Positions 56,224 through 64,000 of a stretch of 64,000 nt of DNA are shown in pieces. The notes beneath the pieces are model-generated. The model was not told the origin of the DNA. It made no database searches and saw only the letters and a list, made by a program, of their open reading frames with translations. Position 1 is the stretch's first letter; the number at the start of each line of letters is the position of its first letter. A program made the position numbers and the translations under genes. This DNA comes from an uncultured Lachnospiraceae bacterium (GTDB lineage Bacteria > Bacillota > Clostridia > Lachnospirales > Lachnospiraceae): positions 13,342 to 77,341 of the forward strand of contig CASWRE010000005.1 in assembly GCA_949471785.1 (NCBI GenBank), in the 5' to 3' direction.

Positions 56224-57547
56224 ATGAAAAAGAAAGGGATCGTTTTTTTGCTCTGCCTGGCATTGCTGGCGGCCGGATGCGGCGCCGGTTCCGGGGAGGT
56301 CGGACGGCGGGGATACCCTGTTTCAGACCCGTTCGGCGGCGGGAAATCTGGGAGACCTGATCATCGTCAATACGGCCAACGGCAAATTCGACGATCTGGT
56401 GAATGCCGGTCTGATTCTTGACTGTGAAAAGCTGGTCAGAGATAAGGCGGTGATGAAGAATTACGGCGATGCGGTGGCCAGGGCCAACGACCTGGTGGAA
56501 AAGGACGGGATTTACTGCTTTCCCAATTCCATATCCACCCAGGCGGCCACAGAGGCGGCCGATTGGGCGGCGCCCACATTTGGTCCGTATATCCGCTGGG
56601 ATTATTATAAAGCGCTTGGCTATCCCGTCATGCGTAATCTGGAGGATTTTCTGGATGTGCTGGAGGATATGCAGAGACTGGCCAGGGAAGAGGAAGGCTG
56701 TCACGATATTTATGCGATCTCTCTGTTTAATACCTGGGATGATAATATGATGAATAACGCCAAGCAGCTGGCGTGTATGTACGGTTACGACGAGCAGGGG
56801 TTTGTGCTGTCAAAGGCGGACGGGGCAGGTACGGAAGATCCTCAGAGGCTGGTGGATTTTATTGACTGGCTGTATTCCCCGGAAGGGGTGGAGATAAACT
56901 GTCAGACAAACGGCGCCCAGGGGCCTGAGGGGCTTACCTGGGAAGTGGGGGAGGATGGGCGTCCGGTACTGACGGAATTTGGTAAAGCGGCGCTTCCCGA
57001 CAATCCGGTGGAGGTTCCGGAAGAATATGGCGGCGGAAAGTGGAGCAGCGGAGTGTCCGCCCTGAATTTTAAGACGGTCAATCAGGAAGAGATTGACCCC
57101 AACGCGGGGGAACCCTATAATTATCTTTGCTGGGAGACAACGCTTGAGGGGGACAGACCGTCTTTGGAGAAGGATTGGAGTGAGCGGATGAAGGCGCGGA
57201 CGGTGATGGAGTACCTGGAAAATCAGGGCATGCTCCTGATCGCTCCCGGGTCCGGTTATTCCACGCCCAGGGAAAATGCCAATATCACGACGGTCCGCGC
57301 CCAGTGTAAGACCGCGGTGGTAAACGGCTCCTGGGAACTGGTATTCGCCCCGGAGGAAGATTTCGACGCGATTTTGCGGGAAATACAGACCACGGTCAGG
57401 GGCCTGGGCTACGACGACGTCTACGCGGTGGATCTGAAAAATGCCCGGGACCAGAACGAAGCGCGGAAAGCTTCGGCGGAAAGATTTCCCGGAGAAGAAC
57501 AAGTGAAAGACACGCAGAAGGAAGCTCCACCGGAGAAGAGCAGGTGA
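56224..57547 (+). pseudogene. Extracellular solute-binding lipoprotein, frameshifted and N-terminally shortened
   Basis: The lipoprotein signal MKKKGIVFLLCLALLAAGCG is in one frame (56224..56421). The SBP body (GDTLFQTRSAAGNLGDLIIV...) is in another (to 57547). The segment normally found between the signal and this motif appears to be missing. Confidence 0.55.
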
Positions 57548-57650
57548 AAAAATGTGCAGAGGGAAAGCGCCTCCGGAGAAAAGCAGATGGAAAATCTGAA
57601 AGAGGAAGCGCTTCGAAAAAAGAATTGCGAAAACGTGCAGGAGGAAATAC

Positions 57651-59687
57651 ATGAAAAAATACAGTGATAAAGTAAACAAGATCGTCTATGGCGGGGATTA
57701 CAACCCGGAACAGTGGCCGGAGGAGATCTGGGCGGAGGATATGCGCCTGTTTAAAAAGGCGGGGATCGATATTGTGACGCTGAATGTGTTCTCCTGGGCG
57801 GCTATCCAGCCCTCGGAAGAGGCCTATGATTTCGGCACGTTGGACCGGATCATGGCCATGGTGCGGGATAACGGGCTGAAGGTGTGCCTGGCCACGTCCA
57901 CCGGCGCCCACCCGGCCTGGATGGCCCGCCGCCATCCGGATATCCTGCGGGTGGATTTCGAGGGGAGAAAGCGCAAGTTCGGCGACAGGCATAATTCCTG
58001 TCCCAACAGCCCCACGTACCGGAAATACGCGCCGAAGCTGGCGGGCATACTGGCGGAACGTTACAAAGAGTATGACAATATCGTGGCCTGGCATATTTCC
58101 AATGAGTTCGGCGGCGAGTGCTACTGTGAGAACTGCGAGCGGGCGTTCCGCCTCTGGCTGAAAGAAAAATATAAAACCCTGGAGGAGCTGAACCGCGTGT
58201 GGAACACGGCTTTCTGGGGCCATACGTTTTATGACTGGGAGGAAATCGTCCTTCCCAATATGCTCAGCGAGCATTTCCGCTACGACCGCAGCACTTTCCA
58301 GGGGATCACGCTGGACTATAAGCGGTTCAATTCGGACAGCATTCTGGACTGCTTCCGCCTGGAGTACGACGCCGTGAAAGCGGTCACGCCGGAAATCCCG
58401 GTCACGACGAACCTGATGGGCTTTTATCCCGTGCTGGATTATCAGAAATGGGGAAAATACATGGATGTGGTTTCCTGGGATAATTATCCGGCTGTGGGCG
58501 CAAAGCCGGCGGAGATCGCCATGTCCCATGACCTGATGCGGGGCGTCGGCGGGGGAAAGCCTTTCCTGTTGATGGAACAGACCCCCGGCGTGTCCAACTG
58601 GCACGATTACTGCGCCCTGAAAAGGCCCGGGGTCATGCGGCTGTGGAGCTGGCAGGCCGTGGCCCACGGCGCGGATTCCGTCATGTTTTTCCAGATGCGC
58701 CGGAGTATCGGCGCCTGTGAGAAATACCACAGCGCGGTTATCGACCATGTGGGTACCGGCGATACTCGCGTATTCCGGGAGGTCGCCGCTTTGGGCGGGG
58801 AGCTGGAGAAGCTGGGCGACGCCACTCTGGGGGCGGCCGTGGAGGCCCGGGTCGCCGTCTATTTTGACTGGGATAACTGGTGGGCGCTGACCCATACCGC
58901 GGGTCCCAGCGTCGATCTGGATTATAAAGAACAGATCCTGAATTACTACCGGGCCCTGTATGACCTGCATATACCGGTGGATTTTGTGGGCGCGGAGGAT
59001 GACCTGGACTCCTATAAGCTGCTGATCGCGCCGGTACTGTACATGACTAAGGAAGGGTATGACGAGAAAATCCGCCGGTTTGTGGCCGGCGGAGGCGTGT
59101 TTGTCACTACGTTTTTCAGCGGCATCGTGGACGAGCACGACCTGGTGGTTACCGGAGGCTACCCGGGGCGGCTTCGCGATATCCTGGGGATCTGGGTGGA
59201 GGAAATCGATGCCCTTCCAAAAGATAAGGAGAACGGCTTTATCTACAACGGCAGCCGGTATCCAGCACGGCTTCTGTGCGATCTGCTCCATCCGGAGGGA
59301 GCGGAAGTCCTCGCCTCTTATCAGGAGGATTTTTATGCCGGAATGTCCGCCGTGACTGTTCATGCTTTCGGAAAAGGGAAAGCCTACTACGTGGCCACCT
59401 GTTCCGACGCCGGATTTTACAATCAGTTTTTGCAGGATGTGTGCAAAGACGATTGCGGGATACAGCCGCTTCTGGAACAGGCCGAAGGTGTGGAGGCCGT
59501 CCTGCGCAAAAACGGGACGGGCAGTTATCTGTTCCTGCTGAACCACAACGACGCTTTCTCCCGCGTATGGCTGGAGGACAGCTATATCGATATGCTGTCC
59601 GAAGAACGTATCCACGGCGCCGCTGAGATCAAACTGGCGCCGAAAGACGTGCGGATTTTAAAGCGGCTCCCCGGGAATAGCCGGTAA
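57651..59687 (+). CDS. GH42 beta-galactosidase
   Basis: YGGDYNPEQWPEEIWAEDMRLFKKAGIDIVTLNVFSWAAIQP, WHISNEFGGECYCENC (Cys zinc cluster). 678 aa. Confidence 0.92.
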   Translation: MKKYSDKVNKIVYGGDYNPEQWPEEIWAEDMRLFKKAGIDIVTLNVFSWAAIQPSEEAYDFGTLDRIMAMVRDNGLKVCLATSTGAHPAWMARRHPDILRVDFEGRKRKFGDRHNSCPNSPTYRKYAPKLAGILAERYKEYDNIVAWHISNEFGGECYCENCERAFRLWLKEKYKTLEELNRVWNTAFWGHTFYDWEEIVLPNMLSEHFRYDRSTFQGITLDYKRFNSDSILDCFRLEYDAVKAVTPEIPVTTNLMGFYPVLDYQKWGKYMDVVSWDNYPAVGAKPAEIAMSHDLMRGVGGGKPFLLMEQTPGVSNWHDYCALKRPGVMRLWSWQAVAHGADSVMFFQMRRSIGACEKYHSAVIDHVGTGDTRVFREVAALGGELEKLGDATLGAAVEARVAVYFDWDNWWALTHTAGPSVDLDYKEQILNYYRALYDLHIPVDFVGAEDDLDSYKLLIAPVLYMTKEGYDEKIRRFVAGGGVFVTTFFSGIVDEHDLVVTGGYPGRLRDILGIWVEEIDALPKDKENGFIYNGSRYPARLLCDLLHPEGAEVLASYQEDFYAGMSAVTVHAFGKGKAYYVATCSDAGFYNQFLQDVCKDDCGIQPLLEQAEGVEAVLRKNGTGSYLFLLNHNDAFSRVWLEDSYIDMLSEERIHGAAEIKLAPKDVRILKRLPGNSR

Positions 59688-59765
59688 AAGCAATAATCAA
59701 TATCTGCGCCCCATCTGTCGGCGCTTTATGAAATCCAGCCCATTGAAAGTTTGCTTTCGGCAAAG

Positions 59766-61254
59766 TCATGGGCTGGATTGGTCTGTTGCATGAAATTCTC
59801 CTCTGCTTTTCCGGTACTCCGCCGGGGATGTTCCCTCGTATTTCTTAAACTTCCGATGGAAATAGTCTACGCTCTTATAGCCCACCTGTTCGGCGATCTC
59901 ATAGACCTTCAGGGAATGATCGTCCAGAAGCTTTTTCGCCTCGGCGATGCGTACCTGGTCCAGGTAGGCGTTGAAATTTACGTTCAGTTTCCTGGTAAAC
60001 AGCCGTCCAAGATAAGAGCTGTTGTAGCCAAAGAGGGGAGCGATGGACTCCAGTTTCAGATTATCGCGGTAATTGTGCTGGATATAGTAAAGGATCTCGT
60101 CCAGCACATTTTCCCCGGAGGAAAAGCCCACCGAATGCATCCACATCTCAAACTGTTCCGCGAGAAAAGCGATAATCTCGTAGAGGTAATACTTTTTTCC
60201 ACAAGGACAATGACGGATGCATTGGCCGGAAAGGGCAGGTTCGTCTGGGGGAAAGCCTGCATGATCCGCTGCTTAACCATAATATACAGGTCGATCAGGA
60301 AATGCTTGATATCCATGATTTCAGCCGCACATCCCGTCAAGTAATCCGACAGCTCTTTTAATGTTTCCGTGATGAGGGTGGGATTGTGGGCCTGTATATA
60401 CCTGGAAAAGGTTTCCGTGTACTGCGAGGCCAGGGAAGGATCGGGTTCGTGGGCATTCTCCAGGTACCGGTGGAGCTCGGGAAAGCCCAGTACATGCTGG
60501 TTTTCCTCACAGAAAAACCGGCGTTCTTCCAGCCTGCAGACATCCCGGTAGGAGAGATGGATATCCTCCGGGACGGATACCGGGCGGCCATAGGTCAGAA
60601 AAATCGTGTCAAAGGGAGAACCTTTCTGGGGGCCGGCATGATAATGGGACAGCAGGTTTCGGAAACGTTCGATGGCGAAATCCCCTTTCAGCAGGATAAT
60701 ATTGCGCTGCTCCATCTCCAGGATATCAAAGGAGTTGTTGTCCTGATTGGTCACGCGCATCAGTTCGGCGAAATCCCAGACAGGGCAGAGGGAGTCCTGA
60801 TTGTATTGTCCATAGGTGATGACCTGGTATACCCCGGCCTGCAGATGGAGTTCCTTAAGATCGAGGGAATCATACAGGCAGGTATCCAGAAGGATTTCCC
60901 GGAGAATATTTTCTTTGGCTTTATCCCGGTAACGGGTGTAGGAGGAGGATCTTCGGGATTCTTTTTCTATTAGTTCCCGGACGGTACGTACCGCCTGTTC
61001 CAGTTCGTCTTTATCAATGGGCTTCGTCAGGTAAAAATCTACGCCGAAGCGCATGGCGGTTTGCGCCAGCTTAAAATCCGTCAGTCCGCTGAGAATGATA
61101 AATTTGCCGGTAAAGCCGGCTTCTACAGCCGCCTGCACCACTTCGATGCCGTTTAAAATCGGCATACGGATGTCTAAGAGCACCAGATCCGGCCGTTTAT
61201 CCAGAATCTTATCCAGGGCGTCTTTTCCGTTGGACGCGGTTCCGCAGACGGAGA
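59766..61254 (-). pseudogene. AraC-type response regulator remnant (N-terminus deleted; frameshift in a poly-A tract)
   Basis: The receiver starts mid-domain (CGTASNGKDALDKILDKRPDLVLLDIRMP). The AraC HTH tail (59766..60146) is in another frame. The frame change maps to the A6 run (plus-strand T6 at 60193-60198). Confidence 0.7.
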
Positions 61255-63018
61255 AGACGCAGGTTCCGTAATTTCGCTTGCTCCTGATTGTGATGCCATA
61301 TTCCTCCCCGTAGAAAAGGCGGATGCGGTTGTTGGTGTTGTAGAGTCCCACGCCGTGGCCGCTGTCTTTCGGGGGCGTGTTCATGTGGGCGACAACGTCG
61401 GAAAGCTTTTCCCTGGACATGCCCTCGCCGTTGTCAAAGACGGCCGCCGTCAGACATGTCCGGTCTTTGGCGGGGTAAAGCTTCAGGATGATGCGGCCGT
61501 TTTCCGCCCGGTTTTCCAGCCCGTGGGAAAAAGCATTTTCGACAATGGGCTGCAGGAGGATGGGCAGGATCTGGATGCGGGCGGGCTGCAGGCTTTCGTT
61601 CACCTTGATATCGTAGCTGATGCGGGAGCCGAAACGCAGCTTTTGGTTGGCCAGGTAGGTAGCGATGTAGTCCAGCTCATTCTCCAGGGTGGTGGAGGTG
61701 GCCTGGGTGGTGCCGAGTACATAGCGCATGGATTTGCTCAAAAGCTTAATGGCGTTGGCGACTTCCCTATTGCCCTTCGCAAAGGCTTTCATGCGGATGC
61801 TCTCCAGGGTATTGTAGAGAAAGTGGGGATGGATCTGGCCTGCTAAAAGCTTTAACTCCATCTTCTGCTGTTGGTTTGTGATGGTCTGCTCGCGGATCTG
61901 GGACTGATAGATCTCCGCTTCCGCTTTTTTCAGCTTGCGCACCATAATTTTAGGTCATGAAAAGCTGCCGTCAGCTCGTCGTCTCCCCGGATCGTATCGA
62001 CGATCTCGTAATCGTTGTTGCTGACCTTGTACATGGCCAGCCGCAGGGTGTCGATGCGGCTGCCGAAATAGGACGCATACAGGAGGATGATCGCCCCGGA
62101 GACCAACAGCGCGGAAAATAAAAGCAGGAGCAGGATGGCAAACAGGCGGTGGGCCGTGGGAAGGGCGTCCTTGTCGGCGGAGTGATAGAGGGTGGCTGTT
62201 TCCAGGGAACCGATCACCTTCCTCCCGGACAGGGTAAAAATCCCGGTACCGGAATCTGCGGAGCCGTCCTCCAGGCTGATGGGGAAGGGTTGGCCGGCGC
62301 AGCTCCTGTCGGAGCTGATGAAAACGGGCTCGTCATTCACATTCATATAGATCTGGTAATTTTTGTTTGCGATCAGGTTGCGCAGATAGTCGTTGGATAT
62401 GGACATGACGAGCACGGCGTGGGAGCTTTTCTGCGGGATGGGAATGCGGCAGCAGTAGTGGAGCTCCCAGTAGTTCACATCGTTCTGCCCGGTGCGGATG
62501 TCGCTGATCCAGAAATTACCGATGATTTCCTCTGATTTCTGATACAGGCGGGCGGCTTTCAGCTCGTCAGTGACAGGAAGGATATATTTATTCCGGGGGA
62601 CATGCTCCATCAGTTCCGCGGGCACATAGAGCGTCAGGCTGTTGAGCATGGCCGTGTTGGTCAGGGTTTCCTCGAAAGCCGCCGCCTGGAGCCCGGCGGC
62701 CTGCGTATAATCATAATCAGAGCTGTCCGCGCACAAAAACTCCTGGAGCCCGTTATCGCTGACCACTGTTTCATAGATGGCATGCAGAGATATGGCGGTA
62801 GAAACAACGGTGGCATGTACCAGCTTGACCTGGGAGCGGGTCAGGGCTTCATAATGGGAAGCCGTCCTTCTATAGGTGAGAAAACTAATGACGCCGCTGA
62901 CACAGAAAACAGGCACAATAATGGCGCAGATAAACAAGGTGATGAGCTGATGTTTCATGTTCTTTTTTGAAAAATAATTCAGGAGCAGTGTTTTTTTCAT
63001 GGTCATGTTTCCTCGCAT
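61255..63018 (-). pseudogene. YesM-type sensor histidine kinase remnant (frameshifted; 3' end fused in frame to the regulator)
   Basis: The N-terminal sensor/HAMP part (61930..63018) and the kinase core (QIHPHFLYNTLESI, LQPIVENAFSHG, DNGEGM, GVGLYNTNNRIRL) are in different frames. The shift is at an A4 run (plus-strand T4 at 61948-61951). The core runs straight into receiver sequence at about 61255. Confidence 0.7.
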
Positions 63019-63336
63019 GCTTGCGGCCTATATATGTTCCTATTGTAATATAACCGATGCGCGAAAAATATGGTATTTTTTTGTTTATTTTCATGGTGAA
63101 TATTTGATGATTTTCTGGATGATCCTGTCCTGCAAATGCGGGAAATGGAAGCGTGAAAAGAGAGGGCTGCCTGTGAAGGTGGAGCGGTCAGACAATTAAG
63201 TTATTTATAGAATATTTTCGCATGTTTCAAGTTCGGGCAAATTTTTGGAGCAAAAAAAGTATAAAAAGTACCGTAGGATTTCTACGGAATGTATTATAAT
63301 CTAACACAAATGAATGGATATAAGGAGGAGGCACAT

Positions 63337-64000
63337 ATGAATTTCAGTAACGGATGCTGGCTGCAGAAGGAAGGCTGCGCCTGCTTTAGCCCGGCGGAGG
63401 TATCGTTTACCAGAATGGAGGAGGCAAAGGTCACGCTGATCGCGCCCACGTCCCATATACTGAAACGCGGGGACGCCCTGGGAGGGGTCAACCTGACGGT
63501 GGAGATAAGCTGTCCGGCTCCGGAAGTGATCCGGGTGAGAACCCGCCATTATATGGGGGTGAGAGAGGACGGTCCCGCCTTTGAACTGGCCATGGATGAG
63601 GGGGCGAAAGTTTTTGCCGAGGACGGGGACGAACGCCTGGTGATCCGAAACGGCGGCCTTCGGCTGGAAATAGAGAAAAATCCCTGGCATATGGTCTATT
63701 ACTGGGAGGATACTCAGCTGTGCGCCAGTGGGAAGCGGGATCTGGCCTACATGAAGACGGACTGGAAAGGGGACATGTATGTAAAGAGCGGCGATAAAGA
63801 CGCCTATATGCGCCAGCGGCTGTCCCTGGGTGTGGGGGAATTGATCTATGGCATGGGAGAGCGTTTTACGCCCTTTGTCAAAAACGGCCAGAGCGTGGAT
63901 ATCTGGAATGAGGACGGCGGGACGTCCACGGAGCAGAGTTACAAAAACATACCGTTTTACCTGTCCAGCCGGGGCTACGGCGTGTTCGTCAACCACACGG
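63337..64000 (+). CDS. GH31 alpha-xylosidase/alpha-glucosidase (YicI-like), 3' end outside the window
   Basis: The ATG at 63337 follows AAGGAGGAG. MNFSNGCWLQKEG..., LSLGVGELIYGMGERFTPFVKNGQSVDIWNEDGGTSTEQSYKNIPFYLSSRGYGVFVNH is the GH31 N-terminal pattern. It is absent from the ORF track because there is no stop inside the window. Confidence 0.85.
   Translation, partial: MNFSNGCWLQKEGCACFSPAEVSFTRMEEAKVTLIAPTSHILKRGDALGGVNLTVEISCPAPEVIRVRTRHYMGVREDGPAFELAMDEGAKVFAEDGDERLVIRNGGLRLEIEKNPWHMVYYWEDTQLCASGKRDLAYMKTDWKGDMYVKSGDKDAYMRQRLSLGVGELIYGMGERFTPFVKNGQSVDIWNEDGGTSTEQSYKNIPFYLSSRGYGVFVNHT

Noticed and set aside
63301-63996. ORF-track entry of 231 aa on the minus strand at the window end.
   Set aside because: The plus strand encodes an obvious GH31 N-terminus from the ATG at 63337, preceded by a strong AAGGAGGAG. 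That ORF is missing from the track only because it has no stop in the window. The minus-strand ORF is its shadow.

Overview
The window looks like chromosomal DNA from a fairly GC-rich, spore-forming Firmicute, probably Clostridia or Lachnospiraceae-like. The taxon is an inference from gene content: spoIIAA-spoIIAB-sigF-spoVAA/AB/AC, a T-box-controlled valS, folC, asnB, and many YesM/YesN-type sugar loci. The core backbone runs as follows. (i) 1-9.5 kb holds an AraC regulator, a YesM/YesN two-component pair, a sugar ABC transporter, a VOC enzyme and an isomerase-like enzyme. (ii) Next come a Uma2 nuclease, asnB and a cobalamin riboswitch. (iii) valS, folC, a TPR protein, the spoIIA operon and the start of the spoVA operon follow. 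(iv) A PucR-regulated aminotransferase/GABA-like operon ends in an unusual permease-alcohol-dehydrogenase fusion. (v) 48.9-64 kb is a carbohydrate-utilisation region carrying a high load of frameshifts, a nonsense codon and deletions. Two accessory islands interrupt the backbone. Island 1 (about 12.85-25.1 kb) carries a RhuM gene, a degraded ATPase pseudogene and an AT-rich Big_2 surface protein. It also carries a four-gene SMC/Toprim cassette (15321-23140) with the parts list of Wadjet/MksBEFG but a non-canonical D-A-B-C order and an oversized SMC. Island 2 (about 35.3-40.8 kb) is AT-rich by eye and sits where spoVAD/spoVAE would be expected. It carries two gene remnants and a tightly coupled three-gene operon (36911-40732): a MORC/Hsp90-like GHKL ATPase fused to a histidine-kinase core, a receiver-domain protein and an HNH nuclease. 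I consider this operon the best candidate for an undescribed phosphorelay-type defence system. Other features include a DinJ/RelB-YoeB toxin-antitoxin pair and several terminators and leaders. No rRNA, tRNA or CRISPR array was seen. All homology calls rest on motif recognition by eye, and no database search was run.
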